From Mustelus asterias (Eukaryota): 64,000 nt of DNA. The notes beneath the pieces are model-generated. The model was not told the DNA's origin. It ran no database searches and saw only the letters and a list, made by a program, of their open reading frames with translations. The translations under genes and the position numbers were made by a program. Numbering within the stretch: position 1 is the stretch's first letter; the number at the start of each line of letters is the position of its first letter. This document shows positions 1-13,345 of the stretch, in pieces. The stretch covers positions 7,564,001 to 7,628,000 of the forward strand of contig NC_135808.1 of NCBI RefSeq assembly GCF_964213995.1, given 5' to 3'.

Positions 1-499
1 CCCGGGTCTCTGGCGTTGTGAGGCAGCGGTGCCTGCTGAGGTTGCCCCGGCGAGTTGCTGTAGTGCATCTTACAGACAGTGCACACTGCTCTCTCTCTGT
101 GCGCTGGTGGTGAAGGGAATGAATGGTTAAGGTGGTGGATGGTCGAGAAAGGACAGAATCACACTTATAACTTGTAGGTATATAACTTTGTGGATTTACT
201 CGCTGCAGAATTCCCAGCAACGAATCTACCCCTCTAGCCACTGCATTGATATGGCCAGTCCAGTTGAATGTATTTTCAATGACGGTTCCACCAGCAGGTT
301 GGTGGTTAAGGACATGATGATAGTAATGCCATTGACTATGACGTGGAGCTGGTTAGGCTCTCTTGTTGGAGTAGTTATTGCCTGGCACCTGGCATGAACG
401 TTACTGGCCATGTGTCAGCCCAAGCCTGTGTGTCGTCCTTGTTTTGCTGCACCTGGTCTCTGACAGCATTATTGGCTGAGGAGTTAAAAATGAAAGTGG

Positions 500-852
500 G
501 GCGGCACGGTGGCACAGTGGTTGACACTGTTGCCTCACAGCACCAGGAATCCGTTTTCGATTCTGGCCTTGGGTGACTCTCCATGTGGAGTTTGCACATT
601 CTCCCCGTGTCTGCGTGGGTTTCCTCCAGGTGCTCCGGTTTCCTCCCACCCTCCGAAGATGTGCATGTTAGATGGATTGGCCATGCTAAATTGCCCATCA
701 TTGTCTCAAGATGGGCAGGTTAAGTGGATTAGCCATGCCAGATGTGTAGGGTTATGTGTTTAGGGCGGAGGAGAGGGCTTGTTAGAGAGTTGGTGCAGAC
801 TTGCTGGGCCAAATGGCCTCTTCTGCATTATAGCGATTCTATGATTCTGTGA
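500..852 (+). mobile_element. HE1-type (V-SINE) tRNA-derived SINE
   Basis: ggcacggtggcacagtgg A-box head, V-domain gggtttcctcc.ggtgctccggtttcctccc, (ATTCTATG)n tail. Confidence 0.85.
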
Positions 853-1009
853 TACCATGAATATTGTGCAGTCAGAAAAAATACCAACTTCAGATATCTT
901 GAAACAGGGAAGGTCATTGATGGACAACGGAAGCAGGCTGAGCCTAGGGCACTGCCTTGGAAACCTTCGTTTCAAGAAAGCAGCTCACCACGACTTTCTG
1001 AAGGGCAAC

Positions 1010-1830
1010 CTATCCATATCCATTTGCAAATTCCTTATTTCATTATAGCAACCTGCTATCCTACCTACTTTAGTGCCATCTACAGACTGGCTATGGTACC
1101 TACTATCCCTGCACCAAGGTGATTAATATAGATGGTATATGGATGGGGCCTGAGGAACGAACCCTGTGACATCCCACTAGTTGCATCTTCCCAAACAGGT
1201 AAACACCCATTTATCCTGACTCTCTGTTTTCTGTTGGTTAGCCAATTCACTATCCAAGCTAATAAATTACCCCTAACCCATGTGAACTATCCTTGTGCAT
1301 TTAGCTTTTGTGTGGCACTATCTCAAGTGTCTTCTGGAAGTCCAGATCTACAAGATCGCCATTATCCGCCTTGCTTGTTACAACTTCGAATAACTCACGC
1401 AAATTAGTCAAGCATGACTTACCCTTCATAAAACCATGCTGGCTCTGATGGATTGCATTTTGACTTTCTAAATGCCCTGTTCTTATTTTTTGCGAATGGA
1501 TTCTAACAATTTCACAACGATGGAAGTTAAACTAATTGGCAATTACTTTCCTTAATATTAACATTTTTCCAATCCACTAGAACCATTCGTGCAGCCGGAG
1601 AATTTTGGAATATTGTAACCAATGGATCCACTATCTCGAACACCACTTGTCTTAAGACCCTAGAATATAGGCCATCAAGCACTGGGAACTTGCCTGCCTT
1701 CAATCCCAATAGTTTGCTCAGCACCTTTTCCCTAGTGACGATGATGCTTCTAAATTCCTCCCTTTCTACAACCAGTGCATTTTCTATTACAATTGTGATT
1801 GTGCTCATGTCACCCACTGTGAAAGCTGAT
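1010..1830 (-). mobile_element. Old CR1 ORF2 fragment
   Basis: VTREKVLSKLLGLK..DGLYSRVL..EIVDPLVTIFQNS..VDWK, a degenerate RT N-terminal region. Confidence 0.7.
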
Positions 1831-2449
1831 ATCAGAGGATATCACCAGAATGGCCTTAAATGAACAATCCATTCTTCACTTCAGGTTGAAAATGGTTAAA
1901 GAATAGCTCAGCCTTCTCTGCAGCACTTTTGTGCTTATCCATGCCATCATTCAGGATGGGGTCATCAATGGAGCCTGCAACTCCCATTAGATGTTGAATA
2001 GTTCAACACCATTCATGACTGGATAAGACAGGACTGCAATTTTATTAGATCTGATTAACTGGTTGCTTAGCTTTGATTATAACCAGTTTGCACTCCTGCA
2101 CTGTAACTGCAGTGACAATTCGTTTCCACTTTTGCCTGGGACAATTCCTGTCATGCTTTCTTACGCTCCTAATTGGGCCAGGGTTGGTTGCTTTGTGGTT
2201 ATGTTAGAGTATAAGAAAGTGCCCGAAAACAGCTGCTGATTGGCCATGGTAACTTATGGTTGCCAAGTTCTGTCCAGTTTAGCACATTGGTAGGTGGTGC
2301 CACGCAACACCATCTGTTTCATTTCAAAGACATGACTTTATATCCTCAAGGGCTTTGTGGTGGCCGTTTCTGTTAAGAATAGGTAGATTTGCAAAAGCTC
2401 GATTGGTGATGATTGCATGTGGTTAAATAGTTTCATTTTAATGAAATTA

Positions 2450-2720
2450 AATTACTGCGGATGCTGGAATCTGAAACAAACACACAAAATGCTGGAAAAT
2501 CTCAGCAGGTCTGGCAGCATCTGTGGAGAGAGAAGAGAGCCAACTTTTCCAGTCTGCATGATCCTTTGTCAGAGCTGAAGCCAATAGAAAATAGGATATT
2601 TATACTGTTAGGGTGAAGAGGGAGTGGGATTAACAAATATAACATGGACAAAAAAAACAAGGGGAATGTAAACGGTGGTGATTATGGCTCAGAATGGTGT
2701 TACTAGCGGCCATTCAGAAG
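2450..2720 (-). mobile_element. Penelope-derived pLTR fragment
   Basis: Reverse complement matches the 13520-13655 pLTR (cagatgctgccagacctgctgagattttccagcatt). Shorter relatives at ~29730-29815 and ~31330-31400. Confidence 0.6.
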
Positions 2721-3661
2721 TTTATTTTTACCTCAGCTTGGGTCTCTCACTACCAGCTGTTGGCAGATACGTCCTTCAGGACTCGGCCAAATCAGTAAGG
2801 AGTAGTGCTGCCATGTTGAAGACGTCGCCCGGAGTAAATTCTCTTCCCTTGCGACCCTCGGCGCATCTACCAAGTGATGTTCAACATGGGAGGGTACTGA
2901 CCATTGGCTAAGGGAGGATGACAGGTGATAAACAGCGGAGTTTTCTTCCTCATATTTGAGCTGAAACCATCGGACTACATGGGGTCCAAAGTCAATATTG
3001 AGGGCTCCAAAGTGTATATCCTCCCTGTCTACATCTGCACTCAACATTGACTTCGGACCTCATATAGTCCCATCTTCCATGTGTATATTTGTACCACTGT
3101 GCCACCACTTCTTGTCCACGTTTCCTGCTTGTGGGACAGAGCACTCCCAGAGGTGGTGATGGAGCAACCTGGGAGCTTGGGTGGAATTTTGATTCCGTGA
3201 GTATGGCTATGACAGACTGTTGCTTGTCTTCGCTGTGGAACTGCGCTCCCAGTTTCAACACCATTCTCCAGATGTAACTGACTAGCATTGCCGGCTAGGC
3301 TGGCTGTGCCGTTGACATGCGCAGTGCCTGGGCTGATGTCAGATGGCTAGTCCAATTGTTCCTTGTGGCGCTTTGATGCTCCACCATTTCAGAGGGGAAT
3401 TATGGGTCAACATCCACCACATTACTGTAGGCTTGAAGTCACATAATAGATCATACAGGACAAGGCTGTAAAAAATTTTACCATTATGTATCTTAATGAA
3501 CCAAATGGACTTCCATGACAATCCCGATCTTCCATTGTCACCATTGTTTTTATTCCATTTTTAAAAATTTAATTAACTGAATTCAGATTCCCCAGATACC
3601 TTGGTGATATTTCATCAGCTGTTGCATTGGCCGTAGTTCAAGCCTCAGTATTGCTAGTCCA

Positions 3662-3997
3662 CTATAGAAACCATAGAAACGCTACAGTGCAGAAGGAGGC
3701 CATTCAGCCCATCGACTCTGCACTGACAACAATCCCACCCAGGCCCTATCCCCGTAATCCCACATATTTACCCCGCTAATCACTCTTACCTACGCATGCC
3801 GGGACACAAAGGAGTAATTTAGCATGGCCAATGCACCTAACCTGCACATCGTTGGACTGTGGGAGGAAACCGGAGTACCCATGCAGACACAGGAAGAACG
3901 TGCAAACTCCACACAGACAGTGACCCAAGGTGGGCATCGAACCCACGTCCCTGGAGCTGTGAGGCAGCAGTGCTAACCACTGTGCCACCGTGCTGCC
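3662..3997 (-). mobile_element. HE1-type SINE
   Basis: Reverse complement of the same consensus with CR1/HER1-type tail. Confidence 0.85.
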
Positions 3998-6489
3998 CCG
4001 ATATAACCACTAATCTTCCATACATTACCTCATATCTGAGGGAAGAAGGATTAAAATATCCTTTAAATTTGCACAGCAAAATCTCTTCCATGAGTACTAT
4101 TCTAGCCCAACCAGGAATGAAGTGGTGCTGAATCTAGTTCAATAAAATGATGTTGGGTGTGGGAGAGCATCCAGGTAATGATGATCATAATATAATAAGG
4201 TTGCAAGTAGTTCTGGAAAGGGGTAAAATAATGCTCACAGATCAAATTACTTATTCGAAGGAAGTTAAAAGGAATCAGCCTCTCCCACCTCGGGAGAGAA
4301 GTAGAAAGTTAGAGACAAAAGAAGGCCCCAAAATTTGCCATGAGGATTTCCCCCTCTGTTATTGAATAAAGGATATTTTAGAGTCATAGAGCACGGAAGC
4401 AGGCTCAACCAGCCCATGCCGATCATGGTGCCCTCCCCAGCTAGTCCCAATTTCTCCCGTTTGGCCCATGTCCCTCTCATCCTTTCCCATCCATGCACTT
4501 ATGCAAATGCTTCTTAAACTTTGCCATTGTTCCTGCCTCAAACACTTTCTCTGGCAGTTCATTCCATATATGTACCACCCTATGCGTGAAGAAGTTGCCC
4601 CTCAGGTCCGTTTTAAATATTTCCCCTCTCACCTTAAACTTTTTTCATTTTTTACTTTTCAATTAATTGCTGTAGCCCCAGTTCTCTTGACAGAGGCAAC
4701 ATCACCCGATGACGCAGGGAAGACGTCAGTGCTTGCTGGCTCTCTGATTGGGTTGGCAGCCTGTTCGTCATCCTTCATTGGACGTCAGGCGGCCAATGAG
4801 GGGGGCGTCACTGGTAAAACTGTGGCCCCACTGCCGACAAAGGCCAAGTTGGGAGCCGTTCTCCAGTCTCATGTCAGGGCTCAGACCTCCCACCCGCTCG
4901 TAAATTTCAGCCCTCTGTTTCAGCTCCGTGACCTTCCCTGGGATTTCCTCCTGCGCTGTCCAATTCTGTGATCCAACGATTGAGAGATATGGGAGCCAGC
5001 CGGCTAAATGGAGTCAAGGAGCAGAGCATCCTTGATAGAATTGAATGATGGAACATGTTCGAAGGGCTGAATGGCTCCGATTCCTCCATAGTTCTGAAAG
5101 ATCATGAACTCTCTCTCTCCCTCTCTCACGTTTTGCACATACTGCAGCGGGTGTTGAGAGTTTCCAGAACTTTCTATTTAGTTAACTTTGCCCGATCTGC
5201 TTAGCAGAATTATCAACGTGATCCTGAGTTTATAGAATAGAATAGAATCCCTATAGTGCAGAAGAGGCCATTTGGCCCATTGAGTCTGCACCGACTCTCT
5301 GAAAGAGCATGCCAGCCAGGCCCTCTGCTCTACCCCGTGACCCCCATGCATTTAACCGTGGCCAATCCACCTATTCGAACACTAAGAGGCAATTTACCAC
5401 GGTCAATTAACCTAACCTCCACATATATAAACAGTAAGGTCCAATTAACACGGTCAATTAACCGAACACTCCACATATATTAACATGGCTAATCCATCTA
5501 ACGTCCACATCTATGGACTGTGGGAGGAAACCCACGCAGGGGAGAACGTGCATAATCCGCACAGACAGTCACCCAAGGCCGGAATTGAACCCGGGTCCCT
5601 GCCGCTGTCAGGCAGCACTGGGCCACCGTGCCGCCAGAAGTCCCCGATTTTGATTTTACAAAGCAGTCAAGGAGACATCCAGGATTTGTGGCCACAAAGC
5701 TTTGGAGCCGAACACTGAAATTAGTAAATGGTAAAGCTGTGTAGCTATGGTGGTTGTACAGTCCATATTAGACAACTCTAGTCATAAAAATGGCAAGGAC
5801 GTAAAGGCACGATTATTCTTGACCTTCTCCACCTATAGTTACACACTCTCTGTGCGAGTGCTCACACAGTTTGCAAATGAAGTAATGCAAGCAAAACCGA
5901 CAATCGGAAACGAGGGAAATATGGGGCAACCAACAGCATTTTCTGCTCGGGGAGATCAAGAAGTTGTACTCTCTATTCTAAACACGCTTCAATAATTTCA
6001 GACTCCCCCTCTCCCCCCTCCCCGTTAATTCCGCACCGCCTTCAGTGTAACAGCCAGATAGCTTGCAAGGTCACGCTGAGCTGAAACCCACAAACAGGTC
6101 ATTGGTGAGCGCAGCTCACACTATTGATCAAACTGCATAAACAACCCACACTATTGGTCAAACTGAATAAACGACTCATTGCAATTGCCTTGCAAGATGA
6201 GGGGTTTGGAGGAACAAAGCGCTATGGTGAGGGACAGAAATGAGTCATTCGGCGGATTTGATTGCTTAATTCTCTCAGACACACGCATTCCTCCAAATAT
6301 GGACAATTTCTCTCCGCTTCCTGAACATGTTTTCTTTCATCTCCTTCACCTATTCGACTTCCCTTTCGCTCTCACTCAGTCTCTTTCTCTCCCTTTCTCG
6401 CCTACTCTATCGGCCTTTCTCTTAGAATTTCTCCCTTCTCCACCCCCCCCCCTCCCCCCCCACCCCCTCCCCATCATCTCACTGTCGCC

Positions 6490-7850
6490 CACTCACTCTT
6501 TTATTGACACTAATAAACATTGCTGTCAATGCCTCACTAATGTTCAGTGTTACGCGAGTGATCCCCAAGTTATCTCCGCCAGAAGCGTTTGGGAAGTTTT
6601 GCCCACGACTTTCCCTACGAGCGCCAGTCGCCAGCAACAAAATAAAATACAGGAAAATTGGGTATCCTATTTTCAGGATGAGTTGCAGGAGCAGCGTTAA
6701 GGTCATCAGCTGATCGCCGGTTTGCACTCTACCCACCCCACCTCTTCCCCCGCCACCCCCCCCCCCCCCCCCCGCCCCTCCATCAGTTCAATGGGGGGAG
6801 GGTAAATGGGGGGAGGAGATGGTCTAGTAATATCGCTAGACTATTAATCCAGAAACTCAGCTAATGATCTAGGGACCCGCGTCCCAATCCCGCCACGGCA
6901 GATGGTGAAATTTAAATTCAAATAAAATAAATCTGGAATTAAGGATCTCCTGATGACCATGAAACCATTGTCGGAAAAAACCCATCTGGTGCACTTTAGG
7001 GAAGGAACTGTCGTCGTTACCTGGTCTGGCCTACATGTGACTCCAGAGCCACAGCAATGTGGTTGACTCTCAACTGCCCTCAGGCAACGAGGGACGGGCA
7101 ATAAATGCAGGCCAGCCAGTGACGCCCATGCCCCATGAATGAATTTTTAAAAACTTTCTCTCAGAATTCCGTCCGTCCCCCCTCTACACACACACACACA
7201 CACACTCGCCCACACGTTCTTTTATTGACACTAATAAACACTGCGGCCACTGCCTCACTAATGTTTCGTCTAACACGAGTGATCCCCAGGTTCTCTCCGC
7301 CAGCAGTGTTTGGGATGTTTTGCCCACGACTATCCATCCCTACGCAAGCCGGTCACCAACATCAAATAGAAACAAAGCAGGAAAATTGGGTATCCCATTG
7401 TCAGAATGAGTTGCAGGACCAACGTTAAGCTCACCAGCCGAGCGGGAGAACCACCGGATCGCCAGTGTGCACCCTACCCCCACCCCTCCGACCAATCACT
7501 TCAATAGAGGGGTAAAATAGTGGGGGGGGGGGGGGGGGGAGCTGCTGGCCTAGTGGTATTAATTCAGAAACTCAGTTAATGTTCTGGGGACTCGGGTTCG
7601 AAACCAACCACGGCAGATGGTGGAATTTGAACTTAATACAAAAAATCTGGAATTAAGAATCTACTGATGGCCATTGTCAGGGAAAAAAAACGTCTGGTTC
7701 ACTAATATCATTTAAGGAAGGAAATGTCGTCCTTACCTTGTCAGAGCCACAGCAATGATTCTAAGCTGTCCTCTAAGGGCAACTACGCTTGGTAATAACT
7801 GCTGGCCAGACAGCGACCCCCATGTCCCATGAATGAATTTTTTAAAATGT
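6490..7850. repeat. Diverged tandem duplication (~720-bp unit: unique ~270-bp segment + SINE)
   Basis: 6495-6740 aligns with 7217-7480 (ttttattgacactaataaaca...gagtgatcccca...ttttgcccacgact...caggaaaattgggtatcc...gagttgcagga). Each copy is followed by a G-run and a tRNA-derived SINE. Confidence 0.85.
6815..7151 (+). mobile_element. Second tRNA-derived SINE family (L2-like tail)
   Basis: Head tggtctagtaatatcgctagact..cccgccacggcagatgg; core gaccatgaaaccattgtc..ggtctggcctacatgtgactccagagccacagcaatgtgg. Family name not assigned. Confidence 0.75.
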
Positions 7851-8469
7851 GACTCCAGAGTCACAGCAATGTGGGTGACCCACAACTACCCTCCAAGGGC
7901 AATTCTGGATGGGTCAGTCAGCGACGCCCCATGTCCCACGAATGAATAACAAAATAGGATGTGACCCCAGCGGGGAATCCGATCTGGTTAGATTTACTAT
8001 GGAGGGAGTGAGCTTCAAGTTGTCCCAAGTTTGTCTATTAACGCTGATTGTCCCTATTAACTGTTCTCTTCCAGTAGTCATGGTCGCACACTTCCTGGAG
8101 GAGGCCCTTGACTTGATACCCCATCTCTTTCTTACCGTGCATTCTGTTTCTAAACTGGGTTTACACCACATATTTGGGGCGTTACACTTCTCAAAGTGTA
8201 CACATATAGCTTGTTTTAGTGCAATTCCCGGAGGGATGGAACCACCGAGCAAATGGCTCATGTTTCTTCAAAATCGTGGGGTGCGATGGCAAAAGTGGAA
8301 CATATAATGAAAGGCAATGTTCTATGATCTATATAATGAAAGGCAACGATTAATAGTCATGTTCGTGTGTTTATTTGTCATTTTTTAACTGATAATCAAA
8401 AGACTGCCCATTTTGCCCAGAGTTCCTGCGAATGTGGCCCACACATTTTCCCACCTAGTATAAAGGCAG

Positions 8470-8877
8470 CTAAGTTTAGGAGGATGAGGAGGGATCTTAT
8501 TGAAACTTACAGGATATTACGATGCCTGGGTAGAGTGGACGTGGAGAAGATGTTTCCACTAGCAGGAACAACGAGAACCAGAGGGCACAACCTCAGGCTA
8601 AAGGGACGATCCTTTAAAACAGAGATGAGGAGGAATTTCTTCAGCCAGAGAGTGGTGAATCTGTGGAACTCTTTGCCGCAGAAGCTGTGGAGGCCAGGCC
8701 ATTGAGTGTCTTTAAGACAAAGATAGATAGGCTCTTGATTAATAAGGAGGTCAGGGGTTATGGGGAAAAGGCAGGAGAATGGGGATGAGAAAGATATCAG
8801 CCATGACTGAATGACGGAGCAGACTCGATGGGCCGAGTGGCCTACTCCTGCTCCTATCTTATTGTCTTATGGTCTTA
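8470..8877 (+). mobile_element. CR1/HER1-type 3' fragment
   Basis: FRRMRRDLIETYRIL..TRGHNLRL..RRNFFSQRVVNLWNSLP; (GTCTTAT)n tail. Confidence 0.85.
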
Positions 8878-9680
8878 CACTTGTTAAATGCTGGTGAATA
8901 ATTCTGTTTTGATCTTCATGTGTTGATCTGACTGTTGTTGCGTTTGGGTTTGGTGTTAATGGGGAATTCTGATCAGGGGTCTTGTAAAAGCCTCATCAGG
9001 TGGATGTGGAGCAAAAAATGTCCAACAAACACCCTCTGACACACATCCACAGCACCCATTCCGCGCACTCGTTGGACCTTTCGCAACATTGCACGGCGGT
9101 TAAGATGGGCGAGTGAGCTTTGTTCCTCTGGCCATGTGCCCGGCTTAAAATAAAACAAACATCTGCAGTAGCCAGCGCGTCAGAGTTTCCATCAAACTTT
9201 TACTGAGAAAGGCTGGGGCCATAAGGGTGTCTGGTGTTGCGCAAATAGAGAGAGGCTACTGCAAGAGCAGCAGGAACGGTGAGAGGCAAAGCATGAAACC
9301 AAACCAAATTCTCCGTTCTCGCCGGCAGCGGCGTCGGTGAGACCGGGAAATTGTGGAATCAGCGGTTTGCCTCGTGTCTGGTGATTTACTGTTCGAAATG
9401 AAACAGCTTATTAAATTCCAATTTGCAACCATTTTACTATCCCTTCTCATTCTCATTTGATTTGTGTAAATAATGAATACAACGAGGCAAGCGGAAAAGG
9501 TGATGGAATTCTGTTCCGGGTATGATGTGTAACCCCCCTGTCATGATTTACCTGGCTGCACATGTAAAGTAGTGAAACAATATAGAAAAAAAAGAAATAA
9601 TTTCTACTCTATCGCAAATACGTGGGGATGACTGAGAAACTTAAATAAGTGTCTGTCTGAGCAGTCCTGTGTTCTTGTGG

Positions 9681-9812
9681 TTAGGGTCTTGCTCCCTGGG
9701 GGCGGCTGTCATGGACGTAATCCGGGCAGGCCATCGTGGGGAGCTCTTTCACCTTCCTTTTCTTCTTCTTCTTCCCTTCCTGGCCGGAGCTCGAAGCACT
9801 TCCCTCTCGGCG
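9681..9812 (-). CDS. NCR3-like receptor, exon 7 (terminal coding exon RREGSASSSGQEGKKKKKRKVKELPTMACPDYVHDSRPQGARP*)
   Basis: Acceptor attctttattttcaaag|, phase 0, 44 codons ending TAA at 9683-9681. Non-repetitive GC-rich island. The seven exons sum to 732 nt = 243 aa + stop. Confidence 0.65.
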   Translation of the reverse strand, partial: RREGSASSSGQEGKKKKKRKVKELPTMACPDYVHDSRPQGARP

Positions 9813-10751
9813 CTTTGAAAATAAAGAATACAGTGAACCTTCAGCGTCCTCTTGGGCAGTTCCAGTTATTCAGATAAATTGTTCTTCCGTTCCCGCCGAC
9901 GGCGCGCCCCGAGTTTCCCGGCGGCACGGGGTGGATTCAATTAGAAATCCCCTTGACAGCGGCGGGAAGAAAAGTTCCCGCCGCTGGCTAATGGTAGGCT
10001 GCCTCCCGCCGCCGAGAAACACGCCGCAGGGAGCCCAGGGAATATCGCCCAAAGAAAATAAATCAGAAAGACACAGAGGTAGATACAAAGACAAATAGGT
10101 TAATAGATAGAGGCTATTTGACGGCCTCGCTCGGGCGAGGCTCGTAAAATCCTGCACGAGGCAAACGGAGAATACCGTTCTACAGCCTCGCCCGAATTAT
10201 GTACACAGTAATAGACAATGCAACTCGCGAAGAACTCATACTAGTATTATTTGTTTAGCTTAAGTGCAAGGGAACTAATTATTTGCAACGTACAAGACGT
10301 CTCACAACCACAGTAACCATGTTACCAACCAGACACGTCTAAGCGGTATTTGCAAACTCACTGTAACAGGATAAAGGAAATTGGTCTCACCTCTCATTTA
10401 TCAGATAATTATGTTCAGGAATACAGTATAAATTCACATGTTGCTTTAAGTGATATAAAAATTATGTGCGTTGCACAGTATAATGAGTTGCTAGGTCAAA
10501 AATGTACTAAACCATGAGGAGGGTATTAACGACCTATACATGAACGTAACCTGTTATTGACTGCAGAGAGTCTCAAGAAATGCACATTGGTAGGAAAAGA
10601 AAAGAGAGGCAATATGAACTAAACAGTGCAATTTTAAAAAGGGTACAGTCGTGGCCGTGTGCACACACGAATGTTTGCAAATGGCATAACAGGTTAAGAA
10701 GGGATCATTTCGCTTCATTAACAAAGTACAAAGGAAGGAAGTTGTGCTAAA

Positions 10752-11053
10752 ACTTTAAGTTTATTTATTAGTGTCTATTAGTTATTGTAGGCTGACATTA
10801 ATACTGCAGTGGAATTATGGTGAAAATCCCTTAGTCACCACAATGCTGTTTGGGTACACTGATGGCAAATTTTGCAATGGCCAATGCACATCTTTTGGAC
10901 TGCAGGAGGAAACCGGAGAACCCGGAGGAAACCTACGCAGACACAGGGAGTACATGGAGGCTCTGCACAGACAGTGACCAAAGCAGGAATTGAACCTGGG
11001 TCCCTGCCACTGTGAGGCAGCAGTGCTAACCACTGTGCAACCGTGCCACCCGC
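10752..11053 (-). mobile_element. HE1-type SINE, alternative-tail variant
   Basis: HE1 head and V domain followed by ..cagtgtaccc..gactaagggattttcac..aataaataaact tail. Confidence 0.8.
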
Positions 11054-12709
11054 CAACTTTTATATAACAGTGGTTAGGTCTGAGCTGGGGCACTGCAATC
11101 AATTCAGGACACCAGACTTTAGGGAGGTGATACAAATGCGCAGTTTTAAGAGATTGCCATGTTTTGCAACCAGATAAAATGGATGAATGAAAAGGGTAAT
11201 GTAACATGTTCTGAATTCTGCTGACAACACACCTGGGTGGTTTGGCTGTTCAATATTGAAGGGTTGTCTTACTGGGAAGAAGGTGCATGTTCTGGACACC
11301 TGTAGACAATAGATGAAGCATGTGTGCTTGTAGTGGACCGACTCTTCATAGATGCTGGAAGATTTTAGAAATGCCAGGTTTGTACATTATTGTACATTGA
11401 CTGCATATTCAATGTCAAGAAAGAATGAAGTAGGGAGGCTAGAGGGTAACTAATTGACTACCTGGATATGAGACCTGTGTGATTCACCTTTGCCTGCAGA
11501 AAGGTTTTTTGAAGGTACTGTCCATGGGAAAATATTGTAGTATCAACTTACAGGGTTTTATTTATCTGAATTATTTTCCTCACAAAGGTATCTGAAACCT
11601 TGAAGCCATCTTCCTCAAACTGCAGTGGAAACATAGTTTTTGAATATTTTAAAGGCAGAAGTAGATTGATTCTTGAAAAGCAAGGAGGTGAACGATTATA
11701 GGGGTAGAAATGAAGGTGGAGAGATCAGATCAGCCAGGATGTTCTTGAATGGCAGAGCAGTTAGGTCAGTCTGAAGGGACACCAGAGCCAGAGGTTGGGG
11801 TGTATTTCACCACACAAGTAACTTGGGCCCAGATTTAAAAGAAACCAAAATCGTCACATTTACACAAGACTGCAAGATTCACATAACTTGAGCTAGAGAG
11901 AGAATTTCCTGGGAAACGCTCAGAATGTACAACATATCTTGGAGTAAACGTTAGCACGTTGAGAAATGAAAAGAACAAAAGTAACCCTTCATCTCCTCAC
12001 TCATTTCCCCTCCCCCACCTATGGATAAAAGCCTCGCCCTATCCAACCTTTCCTTTTAAGACAACCCGCCTATTCCAAGTATTGATCTAGTAAATCTAGA
12101 AATCATGGAAATCATAGAAACCCTACAGTACAGAAAGAGGCCATTCGGCCCATCGAGTCTGTACCGACCACAATCCCACCCAGGCCCTACCTCCATATCC
12201 CTACATATTTTACCCACTAATCCCTCTAACCTACGCATCTCAGGACACGAAGGGCAATTTTTTTTAACATGGCCAGTTAGCCAATCAACCTAACCCGCAC
12301 ATTTTTGGACCTACTCTGAACTGCTTCCAACAAATTTACACCCTTCCTTAAATAGGATGACTCATGCTGCACACAATACTCCAGATGTGGTCTCCCCAAA
12401 GCCCTGTACAACGTTTATGTTCAATTCCGCTCACAATACACGATAACACTCATGGGATTTGTTGAAATGTTCTCCAACATTTATTTCCCTACACTTCTTA
12501 GTATTCTTCTATTCGATGTGCAATCCTTTGCCTGTTAGGAATTCAGGGAGATCTGAATCAATTAGACACTTTCTCACATGTATAATCTAGAATAGTACTG
12601 AAACACATATATTGTTTGCCGAAGGTATTAACCACTGCGCTGCTGAGACTCAAGTCAACAATTCAATGCATAGATGAACGGTAGGAAATTCTATCAAGGT
12701 TCTGCTTAC

Positions 12710-12744
12710 CTTATGATGCCCTTTGGGCTTTAATGGGAGAGATT
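12710..12744 (-). CDS. NCR3-like receptor, exon 6 (35 nt, ESLPLKPKGHHK)
   Basis: Acceptor ttatttatttccaatag|, donor AAG|GTAAGC; phase 1->0, open frame. Confidence 0.7.
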
Positions 12745-12868
12745 CTATTGGAAATAAATAATATTTTGGTTGGCAAAAAAAAAACATTTCACAAGAAGTT
12801 CAAAATTCAGAATATCACAAATATAAACAATATATCCATTGTTGCAATTAACATTTAATGTTAGTCTG

Positions 12869-13311
12869 AAACCAAAAAGAAAATNNNNNNNNNNNNNNNN
12901 NNNNNNNNNNNNNNNNNNNNNNNNNNNNNNNNNNNNNNNNNNNNNNNNNNNNNNNNNNNNNNNNNNNNNNNNNNNNNNNNNNNNNNNNNNNNNNNNNNNN
13001 NNNNNNNNNNNNNNNNNNNNNNNNNNNNNNNNNNNNNNNNNNNNNNNNNNNNNNNNNNNNNNNNNNNNNNNNNNNNNNNNNNNNGGGTGTTAAAAATGGC
13101 TAGCAACCGAAGGTCAGGGTCTGATTGTGCACAGACCGAAGGTGCTCAGCAAAGTGATCAACTAATCTATATTTGGTCTCTCCGATATAGAGGAGACCAC
13201 ATTGGGAGCAATGAATGCAGTGGACCAAATTGAAAGTGGTGCAAGTGTAACGCTGCTTAACCTGGAACCCCTTTCCCCTTTTTCTAACTTTTTACCTCTC
13301 TCCCACCTATT

Positions 13312-13345
<34 letters not shown>

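Noticed and set aside
6680-6716. C/D snoRNA (minus-strand TGATGA...CTGA)
   Set aside because: Boxes only ~30 nt apart, no terminal stem, and the C box is not conserved in the duplicate.
11488-11493. Possible 6-nt in-frame micro-exon (ctttctgcag|GCAAAG|gtgaat) in the last receptor intron
   Set aside because: Phase-compatible but too short to distinguish from chance without RNA data.
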